64,000 bases of DNA, taken from positions 312,364 through 376,363 of the forward strand of contig ML996696.1 in the NCBI GenBank assembly GCA_010356995.1. Direction: 5' to 3'. The stretch is from Trichodelitschia bisporula. Taxonomy: Eukaryota. The translations under genes and the position numbers were made by a program. Each line of letters opens with the position of its first letter. The first letter of the stretch is position 1. Shown piece by piece: positions 34,951-48,127 of the stretch. The notes beneath the pieces were generated by a model. The model searched no databases, was not told the DNA's origin, and saw only the letters and a list, made by a program, of their open reading frames with translations.

Positions 34951-36969
34951 ATGGCAGGCAAAAAGGACAAGAAGAAGTCGGCAGATAAAAAGGCCCGAGT
35001 GGCCCAAAAGCAAGAGAAGAAGGCGGCGCAAAAAGAGAAAAAGGGCAAATCCAAACCTCGTGATGCCGACGACAGCGACGCCGACGACGTGGACATCGAC
35101 GCCGTACTGGCCGAGTACGCCCGGCAGCAGGAACAGTTTCTAAAGGTTACGGAAGTGTCCACTGATCCGCCCTCGCCCCGCTCCTCCGCCACCCTCATTG
35201 CTTCACCCGCCAACGACCACGAGCTCTTCCTCTTCGGCGGCGAATATTTCAATGGCGCGCTAGCTAGCTTCAACAACGATTTGTACGTCTATAACACACA
35301 CCGTGATGACTGGCGCCGCGTCACTTCGCCCAACTCGCCGCTGCCGCGGAGCGGACATGCCTGGACCCGTGCCGCCAATACTAAGGATATCTACCTCTTC
35401 GGCGGCGAGTTCTCGTCACCCAAGCAAGGTACATTCTACCACTACAACGATTTCTGGCGTCTCGATCCTGCGTCTCGCGAATGGACGCGTGTAGACACCA
35501 AGGGCAAGTCGCCCCCCGCGCGGTCAGGGCACCGCATGACAAGCTTCAAGAACTACATCATTCTGTTTGGTGGCTTTCAGGACACGGCGCAGCAAACGCG
35601 GTACCTGTCCGATTTGTGGATCTACGACTGCCTTACCTTTATCTGGCATGAGCCGAAACTCCCCTCCGGTGGCGCCAAACCTGATCCCCGGAGCTCGTTT
35701 TCTTTTCTTCCGTATGAGGCAGGGGCAGCGCTGTACGGCGGATACTCGCGCGTCAAGGCTACTAAGGGTGGTGGTAGCGGGAAGAAGGGTGGCGGTCCGG
35801 CTAGTCGTACTGTCCTGAAACCTCTCGTCCATTCCGACGCCTGGTTCCTGCGCATCACTCCCCCGGCCCCCGAAGCGCCCTCCGGTACCCTTCCCGCTGT
35901 ACGCTGGGAGCGGCGCAAGAAGCCGGCTAACGCCCCCGTTCCAACCCGGGCTGGTGCAACAATGTGCGCGCATCGCGGTCGCGGGATTCAGTTCGGTGGT
36001 GTGCATGATGTGGAGGAGAGCGAGGAGGGTATCGATAGTGAATTCTTCAATCAGTTGTGGGCGTGGAATATTGAGCGCAACCGGTATTTCAGTCTTATCC
36101 TGCGGCGGCCGCGGCAGGCTGGGAAGAAGGCGGTGCAGAGCGGTGGTGGAGGTGGAGGAAGGAGGGATAGGGGCCGACAGGCTGAGGAGGAGCTCCTTGC
36201 CAATTTGAGAGCATTGGAGATGAAGGCGGGAGGGACAGGGGACACTGAAGAGGCGAACAAGTTGGAGGCAGAGAAGGAGAAGGAGGAAGAGCCGGCCGCT
36301 GCACAAAAGCCGGTTGTGTTCGAGATGCCCCATCCCCGTTTCAACGCCCAGCTGGCCGTGCAAGGCGATATGCTCTACATTTTCGGCGGAACATTCGAAA
36401 AAGGGGATCAGGAGTTCACCTTTGATGAGATGTGGGCCATCGACCTGGGGAAGCTGGATGGTGTGCGGGAGGTCTTTAAACGGGAGCTCCAAGACTGGCA
36501 GGGCAGCGATGACGAGGAGGAAAGCGAAGAAGAGGATGAGGACGAGGACGAGGAAGACGAAGAAGAGGCACTTGAAGTGGACAGTACGGATGCAGCAAGC
36601 ACGGCGGATACGGCGGCTACCTCGGTCACGGACAAGGGCGACCTTGATGCGGCAGAAGAAGAGCAGTCGGCGCTGACCGATACACTGCCACACCCGCGGC
36701 CTTTCGAGTCGCTTCGCGACTTCTACACACGTACGTCGGTGCAGTGGCAGGAGCTTGTCATTGAGGGGATGAGCAAAGGCGGCTCGGCGGAGGGCCAGTC
36801 GGTCAAGGATATCCGGAAGAAGGCGTTTGACCGCGCTGAAGATAAGTGGTGGGACTGCCGCGAGGAGATCCGGGCGCTGGAAGACGAGCAAATGGAGGCG
36901 GGGATTGGGGATGTGGTCAGCCTGGCGGAGAAAGAGGGTACTGCGGGCGGGGTTGGGAGGCGGCGATGA
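34951..36969 (+). CDS. KEL3: Kelch-repeat protein (Kel3/KLHDC4-like)
   Basis: Intronless 672 aa; Lys-rich N-terminus, kelch GG repeats (LFGGEYFNG, SPLPRSGH, GTFYHYNDFW), acidic tract, C-terminal PRPFESLRDFY domain. Confidence 0.92.
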   Translation: MAGKKDKKKSADKKARVAQKQEKKAAQKEKKGKSKPRDADDSDADDVDIDAVLAEYARQQEQFLKVTEVSTDPPSPRSSATLIASPANDHELFLFGGEYFNGALASFNNDLYVYNTHRDDWRRVTSPNSPLPRSGHAWTRAANTKDIYLFGGEFSSPKQGTFYHYNDFWRLDPASREWTRVDTKGKSPPARSGHRMTSFKNYIILFGGFQDTAQQTRYLSDLWIYDCLTFIWHEPKLPSGGAKPDPRSSFSFLPYEAGAALYGGYSRVKATKGGGSGKKGGGPASRTVLKPLVHSDAWFLRITPPAPEAPSGTLPAVRWERRKKPANAPVPTRAGATMCAHRGRGIQFGGVHDVEESEEGIDSEFFNQLWAWNIERNRYFSLILRRPRQAGKKAVQSGGGGGGRRDRGRQAEEELLANLRALEMKAGGTGDTEEANKLEAEKEKEEEPAAAQKPVVFEMPHPRFNAQLAVQGDMLYIFGGTFEKGDQEFTFDEMWAIDLGKLDGVREVFKRELQDWQGSDDEEESEEEDEDEDEEDEEEALEVDSTDAASTADTAATSVTDKGDLDAAEEEQSALTDTLPHPRPFESLRDFYTRTSVQWQELVIEGMSKGGSAEGQSVKDIRKKAFDRAEDKWWDCREEIRALEDEQMEAGIGDVVSLAEKEGTAGGVGRRR

Positions 36970-37038
36970 TCACGCCTACACGATATCGCGGAACATATGT
37001 CACAAAATTGCATGGCTGGCGTTGCAGAGAAAAGTTGA

Positions 37039-39516
37039 TTACATTTGCGTTTCACGGGGCCCCGCGAGAACGTCTTCGATCCACTTGAGCCGCACGGCGC
37101 TGACGTTTCGCCCGTAGCTCTTGTTCGTGAACACGAACTCGCTGAACATGATAGCTTCGACCTTTTTGCCGAAGAGGACGCTGGATGGGTGGATCGATAC
37201 GGTCTGGTTTCCAAGCAGCGTGCGGTAGCTGCCGTCCGGCATCAAACGAGCCGTATTGCTGGCGAAGCCTTTTAGGAAGCTGCGCAGAATCGATTCGTTC
37301 CGCGCCTCGTTCTGCAAAAAGTCCAAAGTTTCGAGGCTGACGTCGGAGGGGAGGAGGTTGGACTGCTTGCATAGGGCAAAGAGTTGCTTGCGGACGTCCT
37401 GGCACTTGTAAGTATTGAACAGGAGAAGATGGGATGACATACCATGACACTTTGCATAGCACGGTGAGAAATGAAGTACCGCTCAGCCCACGCCTTCCGG
37501 TTCGTCTCCTCTGCGGCGTACGCTCGTACCGCCGCCAGCATAGTCAGATGGTCACCATCTCGCTTGTAGAGCTCCTTGCGCGTCATCTCCGCAGCCTCTT
37601 TCTTTTCTTCCGTCACAAGGTTGAGGAAGATATTCTCGACGCTGAGACATGAAATGATATCAATAACGTCGGCAAGACAGTCATTCTCTGGCTGAGCCGC
37701 TTCCACCAGCGCCCGACCCAAAGAAGGGGAAATAGGAAACTTGGCGAGCTGCTTTCCGATTTTGCTGATATTGCCGGACGTGTCAAGCGCTTCAAGCTGC
37801 AAAAGCTGCAGCAACGCCTTTTCCAACGCCTCTCGCGGCGGCGGATCCAACAGCGGAAACCCGACCACATCCTCCACACCCCGAGCTTTCATCGTAAGGA
37901 TCGATCCCGCCAGATCGCACCGCAGGATTTCCGGCATCGTCCTCGCCTGCAGCTGCTTGAAATCCTTCTCCGTGTACAGGTGGTAGCACTTTCCCGGACC
38001 CTCGCGACCTGCACGACCTTTGCGCTGGATCGCTGACGATTGTGATACCGGTTTAACCAAAAGCGAATCGAGGCCGAGGCGATTGCGGAACTGCTTGATT
38101 TTGACTTTGCCGCTGTCGACGACGAAGCGAACGCCTGGCACGGTGACGGAAGTTTCGGCAATGTTGGTTGATAATATAACCTTGCGGGTTCTATGAGGGG
38201 CCGGCTGGAAAACTTTCTGCTGCGCAAACTGGGGCAGGGCAGCAAAGAGGGGGAGTGTGATGATCTGTCGGGGTCAGCATATCGGTACCACTGCAAAGTT
38301 TGGAGCTTACTTTGGGGACTTCAGGGCCCATGGATGCCGCATAGTCGTTCACGAGGCGCTCGAGAGTCTCAACGGTATCTTGGCCTGTCAGAAACACGAG
38401 TATGTCACCCGGCATAGGTTCCTTGTAGTGGATCTGAAAGATGCATTTGAGAGCGGCTTCGACGAAATCCTGAGTCGGCGCTGGTAGGTATATGGTGTCA
38501 ACGGGGAATTGCCGGCCCTGCACATGGCAAACACTGATGCGATTGGAGAAGTCATCATCCTTCACGGCTTCCTCCGCAGTGACCAAGAGCTTCGAAGCTT
38601 TGGACTGTTTCGGAGACAGAGCATTATCAGGCAGGGCTTGAGACTGTCGAAAGCCTTTCTTGAAGAAGTTGACGAGACTGTCTACATCCGCCGTAGCGCT
38701 CATGACGACAACCTTGAGAGGCTTCCCCTTGCGACCCTTTTTGTCCCCATTGACAAGGTTGCGCAGGAACCCTAGTATCAAATCAACGTTGACACTGCGC
38801 TCGTGGACTTCATCTACGACGACGACACTGTACTGGCGCAAGTACGGGTCTCGGAGCAGTTCCTGCAGGAGCATGCCTTCGGTGAGGTACTTGACTCTCG
38901 TGCCCGGTGACACAGAGGAGTCGAACCGGACGGAATATCCGACCTTGCTTGCCGGTGAGGCGGAGCCCAAAGGAGTCCCCATCTCGTCCGCGACACGTCT
39001 TGCCAGCGAGATGGCTGCTACTCGACGAGGCTGTGTGACTGCTATACCTCCGGTGCACCAGTCCTCCTCTAGCAAGAACTGCGGGACCTGTGTACTCTTG
39101 CCGCTACCCGTCTCACCAACCAGCACCATGACGTCCTTCGAGCCTCGAAGGCTCTCTCGTATTGTTTGTTTCTCATTCCAAATGGGGAGTTTCTGGCGAA
39201 ATGGCAGGAGGGCCAGGCGCTTGTCGTTGAGGGACTTGTGAGGCTTGTGAGGCTTCGGAGGCCGCCCTTTCACGGCTTTCTCGTTGGGATGTGGTCGTTG
39301 ATCCGAAGCGCCTACATTTTCGCTCGTATCCTTCTCCTTCTGCCCATTCTTTCGCTTTTCTTGAGGCTGAGGCTCATATGTTGCGGACCCGGTTCGCTTT
39401 CGCTTCTTGCCGCTGAAAGTAGTATTGGGCGACGGAGCCTCCTGGGGGGTGTTGATGCGATCGTGTTTTAGCTTCTCATCGTCGTCAAGGCGAGCTTTTT
39501 TAGGCTGTGGGCGCAT
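37039..39516 (-). CDS. DHR2: DEAH-box RNA helicase (Dhr2/DHX33-like), 3 exons
   Basis: GETGSGKSTQVPQF, TQPRRVAAISLA, DEVHER, MSAT, TNIAETSVT, QRKGRAGRE, IHPSSVLFGKK; basic N-terminus. Confidence 0.88.
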
Positions 39517-40262
39517 GATTGTGATTTGTCTTCGTCCTTCGTGAACTGTCGCTGATCTCCAAAAAAGTTGGAGGTTGCGCCGGAGTCCGGGTGAACGTGG
39601 GTCCGTCATGACGCGCCCCACGCGCGGGATACAACCTCAACATCCCCAACCTTCGTCGTCGTTGATCCCATCTCACAACCCCCACCTTATGCGATCTGGA
39701 GTACGTGCGTACAATCTGGGCCTTTAACAAACCTCGCGTGGAACGGGACCTGGGGTTTCCGGTGCATTGCTACCGGGTTCTGAACACAGACCTCCCACCA
39801 GTTTGTTGCAGATTGATGGTCATCCACATGTCCCAATATATCGGTCGTGTATGATCAAAAGCTGGCGTTCACTCGCTAACCATTCTCCATTTTGCGGTGC
39901 ACCGAAATGTCTCTATTCTAAATCACTCCTCATCGTCTCGCAGCATGACTGGCCGCCCGATTCCGAGCCTCCTCACTCTTCGCATATCATACTTGATATA
40001 TCGCTTCGACCTCCCGTGCTTCAAAGACTAGAACTACTCTCCGTCAGCTATAGTGAGAGTTTGAGCAAATTGAACCATAGCCGAAGATTGCCTCCCAATG
40101 GCTTCTGACAAACCTAATTACATCGAGCAGGTCGCCGGTTGTACAAAATGCCGTACACCTCCGTTTCACTTTCAACCGGATTCGAACTGCCCCCTACGCA
40201 GTATTTCTCGTTTTGCTATCACTCCCTTAAACCACTTTCGTTAAAAATTAGGGAGGCTCGAA

Positions 40263-42314
40263 ATGTTGAGACTTTTGACTTTCCTCGGGCTGTTGGATGC
40301 CCTCGCTGCTGCTTCCCCGATTGTCCACAATGGACTTCCCTACCATAGCCATGAGGCGAGGCAGGCGAACCTTCCCACAATTAAGCTTCCATACGGCACA
40401 TGGCAGGCCAGTAAATATGATGCCGCGAACGATGTCCGTCTCCCACAGGTGTAACTGTATCTTGCTCACATGATCTTAAGATATACACATTCGCCAACAT
40501 CCGTTTCGCCGCGCCTCCGGTGGGCCAGTTGAGATTTGCGAAACCCGCGCCTCCAGCAGTCAGCACGACGGTGCAAACCGGGAGTGTTGGTGGAACTTGC
40601 CCTCAAAGTGTGCCAGCGAGCCTCATCGGCGGTCTTATGGGCAGCGCCCTTGGAGGAGGCTCGAGCGGTGGCGGGCTCGGATCCCTCCTTGGGAGCCTAA
40701 GCGGCTCCTTGCTGCAAAGTATGGACCTAGGGAAGCTCATGGGCGGGGCGGCATCAAGTGAGGATTGCCTTTTTCTCGATGTCTACGTGCCTGGGAAGGC
40801 TCTCAAAGGCCAAGTCAAGCTTCCTGTGGTCAACTGGATTTACGGAGGAGCATACATCCTGGGTGCAAAGGATGGTATGTACGCTGGAGGGCCCGTTGTG
40901 AAGGCTTCTGGTGGTAATGTCATTTATGTTGCTGGCAACTATCGCGTAAGTGCCCATTCGAAGCCTCTTGTCTTTTTGCTAAGCTGCAAAGCTTGGAGCC
41001 TTTGGATTCCTTGCCGGCTCGACGATGGAGAAAGAGGGCCTGCCGAACGCAGGTTTCTGGGACCAGCGCGCTGTACTTCAATGGATCCAGGACCACATCC
41101 ATCTCGTTGGCGGCGATCCGACTGATGTCAGTGTCTGGGGCGAGTCAGCCGGCGCTGGGTCTATCTTGCACCACATCACGGCTTTTGGCGGCAAGCAGGA
41201 TCCTCTGTTCAAGAAGGCAGTCATCCAAAGTCCTGCATTCAACCCCCAGTACGACCGAAAGGGGGACTTGGAGAGGCAGTTCCAAAAATTTGCGGAGATG
41301 GCCGGCTGTGCAGGCAAGGGCGTTGCGTGTCTGAGGGCGGCTGACTTCAAGACTATCAAAACCGCGCAGGATGCGTACATCAAGGCTGCACCCCCTGGGA
41401 CGTTCGGCTTTGGGTACGATCTTGTCTTTCAGTTTAGAACGAAACTGACAAATATAGCCCGTCTACCGATGGCAACTTTGTGAGGCAACTGCCAGCCCTC
41501 GAATTAGCATCTGGTAAGTCGTAAGGGACAGTCGCTCTTCGGCCCTAACATTACTCAGGCAACTTCGCTAAGAGTGTTCAAACGGTGGTTCTGTCGCACG
41601 TCATCGATGAGGCGTCCATGTTCGTTCAAGATCATATCAAGAACGACACCGCATTCAACTCCTTCATCGAATACGGCTACGGTAACAACAGCGACCTCAA
41701 GGCTGCCATCACAAAGGCATTTCCCTCCCCTTCGTCTCCTCAATCCAAATACAAGACCCAAAGGGCACGAGTGAGTGACTACATCGAATTTTCAACCTTC
41801 ACGTGTAATGTCCGCTACATGACCGAGGCCTTCAAGGGCCGGACCTACAACATCCAATATGCCCGGGGCCAAGGAACCCACGGCTCTGACATCCGCGCCG
41901 ACTTTTACGGCGGATCCGGCGGCGTCTTGTCTGGGGGCTCGGGATCGGACAAGTCGTTCCCGCAGTTCGCGGCCCAGTTCCAGAGCTACCTCACTTCGCA
42001 TGCACGGACCGGTGATGTTAACAAGCTCCGGATCAACGGGACCATTGAGTGGCCTATCGTTACGATTGGACCGGCACTGTCGAATGTGTTGAATGCGACC
42101 GATAACGGTTTTGAGTTGATTTCGGATACGAAGACGAAGGCGGAGGACTGCGACTTTTGGAGGGATATCTTTGCTTCGGTCACTAACGCTCTCGGTATGT
42201 TCATGCGCTGCTTTTAAGACTTTGGCTAATTCCTCATCAGGATATGCGCCCCCAGGTGCCGTGCTTCAGTCGAACACCTTGAAGGCGGCGGCGAATCCAT
42301 CCGCGAACTTCTGA
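40263..42314 (+). CDS. Secreted type-B carboxylesterase/lipase, multi-exon
   Basis: Signal peptide MLRLLTFLGLLDALAAA; NIRFAAPP, SEDCLFLDVYVP, WIYGGAY, NYRLGAFGFL, WGESAGAGS, THGSD. Confidence 0.92.
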
Positions 42315-42522
42315 ATGTCAAGGCGCTTACAGGACGAGATAAACAGATCAGCCTTTTATGCAAATAAATGGAGGTGAGGCATAGGGTTATGGGACAGCTC
42401 TGAAGAAGCACGGGTGCAGTGCAGTTCAAAGACCTCAATTATTTCTTCTGGCTCCTTTTCAACTCCTTTTGCGCTGCAAGCACCTCTACCGTCAAAGTTC
42501 CATGTCAACTCCATAACAGCAT

Positions 42523-45500
42523 TCAGCGCTGTCCCGCATTGTCTACCAGTCCCCCCTCCCTCGCTAGCTCAAAGAACGCACCACCGGCCTTGATAAGCTC
42601 CTGCGGTGTGCCAAACTCGACCACCTCACCACGCTGTAGAACGGCAATCCGGTCGTAGTCTATGATGGTGTTGATCCTGTGTGCAATCGTAATGAGGGTC
42701 CGGTCTGAGAAGAGATCGCTGCGAAGCGTCTCCTGCACGAGTGCATCCGTCTCCACGTCCACCGCAGCCGTAGCCTCGTCTAGCACGAGAATGGTGGACT
42801 TGGTCAACAGGGCGCGGGCCAAGGAGACGAGCTGTTTCTGACCCTGCGACAGGTTCGACCCTGCCTCTTGTACGGCTGCGTCGAGCTTGCCTGGCATCGA
42901 GGACACGTGGGCCTTAAGACGCGCTTGTTCTGAAGGAGTTAGCCACAGCCGCAGTCAGAGAAGGAACGAAGGTACTCACCAAGTGCGGCCCACAATTCGT
43001 CATCGCGCTTGCTGTGCATGGGATCCAAGTTATCGCGGATGGTCCCAGCGAACAGCGCGGCATCCTGTGGGATGATGGCCAATTTGCTCCGCAGATCGTC
43101 GAGACCAATTGCAGACGTATCAATATCGTCGATGACTATAGTCCCGGACGCTGCTTCGACGATACGGAACAGCGCGAGGGTGAGGGAGCTCTTGCCCGCG
43201 CCGGTCCGACCGACGATGCCGATCTTCTCGCGCGACCTGAGGCTCAGCTCGATGTTCTTGAGGACGAGATCGAGACCTGGGCGGTAGCGCATGCTGTAGT
43301 CATTGAACTGAATGTTGCCCTTGGAGGGCCATGTGGGCAACGGCCGGTTGTTGTGGATGATCTCCTCGGCTTCGCTCGGCAGGCGAGCGTACTCGAGAAC
43401 GCGCTCCACGGATACGATGTTCGTTTCGACTTCGACGGAGAGCCGGACCATCCAGCTCAATGCCTGTGTGATCTGTAGCGCGTAAGACATGGCGAGACCA
43501 ACCATACCGGCGGAAGGACCGCCGCCGTTGATGACCGCTAGAATTGACAAGACCGCCGCCATCAAGACAACCATAGCACCCACGAACTCAAGCCTAATTC
43601 CGAGCCAGCGGTTGGCATAGATGGGGGGGAAGAAGGCCTTCAAGTTAGCGTCGACACGATTCTCGCTCTCCCATGACCACCGCTCTTGCTGTTGAAATGC
43701 GCGAATGGTCGTAAGGCCGCCAAGGGATTCCTGGAAATGAGCGTAGATAGGACTCCTGGAAATGCTCTCGAGGCGTTTAAGCTCTCTGTTGCTGCGGAGG
43801 TAGTACCGCTGGATGTACCAGTAGATGCCGCCGAGTGGAACGAGAATAGCCATAAACACGGGCGTAGTGACGCAAATGACGCCAATCGTGAAGAGGGCCT
43901 TCGCCCCATTGCCGAACAGTTCGCTGAACGACCTCCCCAGTGCCTCGTCAACTCTGAACATGTCGGATGAAAATCTGTTCAGAATTCGGCCCATGGGCGT
44001 CGTCTCAAAGAAGCTCATTGGGCTGCGGAAGATCGCATTGGCCATGCGTGCGTGGAGCTTTCGCGAAGCCTGGATCGAGCAGAAGAGCCACATGATCATC
44101 GTCTGAATGACGATCATGATGGAAGCTGCGATGCCAATGGCAAAATAGACACCGACGTTCTTAGCAATGTCGGGGTTGCCGCCGGACGACTCGTTGCCCT
44201 CCGCCCAGTTCTTGAGCCAGACTGAGTTGCCAACTTGAAGTGATTGCACCGCGACGACTGTGAAAACCCAAAGAGCAACCGCGTTGACGTTGCAAGCCTT
44301 CGCATATTCGAAGTAGACATTCCACTTCACTTTTCCCTTCTCAGATATCTCTTTTGTTTGCCGCGATTTGACCACCGGGAGAAGTGCCATCTCCTCGTCG
44401 CCTTTTTTGGACTTGTGCATGCTGGAGTTGCTCGACCGGCGGAAGCGGGATACAGAACGATCTTCCTCTTTTTTGAACAGGTCTTCCTTCTCCGCAAACG
44501 AAGCCAACAAGTCTTCCTCGCTCTCCTCTCCAGAATCCATTCCGCTGCTCGACTTTGTCGGCGATGGCGCGGAACTAGCTGCACCACCAGAGTGATCCGA
44601 CGAGTTCTTAACGGTCTTGATGAGGGCGGCAATCTCTCCATTTTTCGAAATGGCATCCCAGAAGGTGCCCTCTTCCGTTATCCGGCCCTCGCTGAGCAGG
44701 GCAATGTGATCGGCCTCCTTGAGCACCGGAATGGAGTTCGTGGCCAAAATCCTGGTCTTACCACGCAGCAAGCCCTTGGGGCCCACGACATGATTGATGA
44801 TATGGCGTCCCACGTGCTGGTCGACTGCCGAAAGGATGTCATCCATGAGGTAAATATCGGCTCTTGCGTACACAGCACGCGCAAGTTGCAAGCGTGCCTT
44901 CTGACCACCGCTGAGGGAGATGCCTTTCTCGCCAACTTCGGTCCGATCCCCGTCGGGCAAAACCGCCAGATCTTCAGTCAAGGCGCACGCCTTGATCGTC
45001 CGCTCGTAGTATTCCGGGTCATAGTGATGACCAAATAGGATGTTGTCCTTGACCGAGGCATTCGTGATCCAGGCATGTTGCGCCACATAAGCGATCGTAC
45101 CGCAGACGGTGACGTCCCCATTCAGTTTACGCAAGTCCCCCAAGATGGCCTGGAGAAGGGACGTCTTCCCGCTTCCAACCCGTCCAACGATGCAATTGAG
45201 CTGGCCTTTCCGAGCCGATAGGCTGATATCTGAGAGAACCGGCTTCTTGCCTCCGTCCTGGCCCCATGTGAACGACGCTCTTTCGACCCGAACAGTGTCG
45301 GCTCCATCCTCTGTAGCGGCGGGGAGTCTGTTGACAGCGTCGGTTTGGATCTCCTTGGCCAAGAAAAAGGACTTAATTCTCCGGACTGCCACAGAGGATT
45401 CAACAACGGAGGATATAACCATAGGTAGCTGCGTCAAAGGCTGTGTGAGGAGGTTGAACAAAGTCAAGGCTGGGAAGACGAGCTCAACGGAAAGCGGTTT

Positions 45501-47165
45501 TTCGCTCACCATTACGTAGAGAGTGAAGGTGCCACACGAGACCAGGAATGGAGTGGTGTTCCAGCAGAAGCGGGACGCTGCCTGAGTTCCTCCAATCTTA
45601 CGCAGCATCCTAAGCTCCTTGTTCCGCACCTCAGAGAGTCGTTCGGCGAAGGCTGCGGCCCACGAGTACAGCTTGATGCTCTTGATGTTGTTCAAGATCT
45701 CGGTGGTCACTCGGGTACGCTCGTCTTTGTTTCCCATCTGCTGACGCTGGTACGTCTTCATCAACCTGGCGATATACGCGTTTAGCGGGATCATGACGGC
45801 CATGACAACTACACCGGCAAAACCTGGCCATCCGAGGAGTTGGGACAAGGAGATCATGCAAAGGGTGATTTGGAACGGAGAGGACCAAAGTTGGTGACCT
45901 TGACGAGAGAGATCCGATATCCTCTGCGTGTCGACAGCCATCAGATTGACAATGTCGCCGGTGCTCTTGGCCGCAGAGCCCTCTGCCGACAACCGAAGAG
46001 ACTTCTTGTAGATCTCTGAAATCAGGCCCGCCCTGACTAACTGGCCGAGCTCAAAAACGCAGGTCATAAAATGATTGTTACACAGGGATTGCACGAGCTG
46101 CACCGCAAACATGCTGAAAGCGATGATGAAGCCGCGGAGCGGAGGGTCCGGATTGTCGGTTCTGTAAGTGTTGACGAAAGTGATAAGCATGCGGAGAAGC
46201 ACCGGTTGCATGTAAGAGAAAGTGTCCGCGGTCATCTTGATGGGAACAAATCCGACGTATGGTCCGCCAAACGCTGAGATAAGTGCACCCCATACGCTTG
46301 GATTCGGTGTGCGCGACTGTTTGAGCCACGCAGCCGCAAATTTGTCGCCGCTGTGTTTGGTAGTCTGTCTTTCCGGCAAGTCCCAAAGATCCTCTTCGGT
46401 AAGATACGTCTTGTAGCCGCGCTTTATCAGAGGGGTGAACCACGAATAGCTGAGGATCTCGAAGATGTTGCTGTACTCCGATGGGCGCTCCTTTTCGTCG
46501 CCAATTCCTCTGTACATTGACTGTTTTTTGGGTACAAAGGCTTCCAGAATGAAAACGGTGGTAGCCAAGACGAGGTTGGTAGCGACGAGAGCGAAAAGGG
46601 CTTCATGCTTCGTAAAGTTCTGGATATAAAGAGAGCGGGTCTTGATAACACCAACAAGCAAGTAAAACAGCCAATAAAACAGCACTGTCCCGCTCGGGAC
46701 GCGGGCTCGTTCATGCTCCAGTTCATGGATGGCAAAGATGACGCTCAAGGACGAAATTTGAAGGACGGTCGTCCAAAATCTGAAATCTCCGAGAGAATTG
46801 GTGTGACCTGTGACTTGCACATAACCCTCAAGCGTCGTGGTGATACCCACTCCCGCAACGAGGACCTAATAGGTTTAGTGTCATACAGGCAAATTGAGCA
46901 GCATTCCTACAAGCTTCGCGTAGTAGTGCCAGTCCTTCTCCGTCGGCTGCTTTGAGCATTTGTTCAACAGCACCCAGATCGTGATGCCTCCAACAAGCAA
47001 CCCAAACAGTGCAACTAACGCCTGGGGTACATCCAGAAAGCAGGGAGTGAAGTCATAGCGAGTTAACGACAGCGGACCCCAACCTTCCGGGTTATTGCAA
47101 AACGGCTGGAGAGATACCGACAAAGAGGCATTGCTGGCCAGCGCGGCTGCTCTGACGAAGTACAT
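42523..47165 (-). CDS. YCF1: ABCC/MRP transporter, Ycf1-like
   Basis: TMD0 ([12 protein letters not shown]...DFTPCF), NBD1 [21 protein letters not shown]2 [20 protein letters not shown]; two introns. Could be a YCF1 paralogue. Confidence 0.88.
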
Positions 47166-47934
47166 GGCGCCGATATTGGATCAATCAACATTCAATTGCG
47201 AACTGCGAGAATGCTGCATAATATTCCCATGTGGCGAGCATTCGTAACTTGGCCCCGCAAGCGGGCCGGTAGCGGGTTGGTGGTTTGCCATGGCGAGTAC
47301 CCACGTCACATCGGCTCCACTACTTTTCTAGTGGGGAAGGCCGTGATACAGACGCCGTGAACGCCCAACGGCGGCTGGGGAGATCCTCGTCGCTGCATGG
47401 AGGCGAGACCGATGGAGCCAATCCGGGATACCGACAGCATGCCGACCCCGCGCATGGGAACTGAACCTTGCGGCGGGGCGCAGGAGGAGCGCAGGAGGAG
47501 CCCAGGCGGGGCAAAGAGAGCAAGTCTACTCATGGCATGTGCGATTGAAGGCTAGGCAGACATATTGATTCGATTTATAACTGGTGGAAGATAAGTGGGA
47601 AGGCGCTGAGAAATCGGACAAATGTCTGTCGTCGCTGCGTATCCGGGTCGGTGGATGATGGTGTTTCTCTCCTTGATCTTGTTCTCAGAGCCGTTCTAAG
47701 TCAGAACTTCGATTAGATGCAAGAATGTCGCAAAAAAAACCCTTCAAAACCGGTGATAATCGAGGAAATGAGCGCTTCAACAAGTTAGAGCTGCATTGTG
47801 GATGCAGAAGACGTTGCCCGGGTGCCCGACTTCCCCCACACTCACCGCCGCCTATGAACGCATTGACCACTCGCTTCGAGATCCCGGTCGACGGGTAGAT
47901 CCGCAGCGCCAATCTTATCAATCGCACCGATCTA

Positions 47935-47940
47935 CCTCGG
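47935..47940 (+). promoter_or_regulatory. FarA/CTF1-type CCTCGG site upstream of acyl-CoA dehydrogenase
   Basis: CCTCGG ~190 bp upstream of the ATG of a fatty-acid catabolic gene; single hexamer, so chance is possible. Confidence 0.4.
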
Positions 47941-48127
47941 CATTGTTCGCAGACAACCACGGTGGGTATGATAGGATAGAACCGAGCCGGGCCCTATACC
48001 GCAGCGCGGGGTGGCGCCCTGGCCATGTATGTATTTGCCGTAGAGAAAACACCTTGTCTCTTTTTATCGTCTGCTCTGTGCTTCCTCTTCTCTCGTGTTG
48101 TTGTGCCGTCCTTCCCCGAACGCCGCC

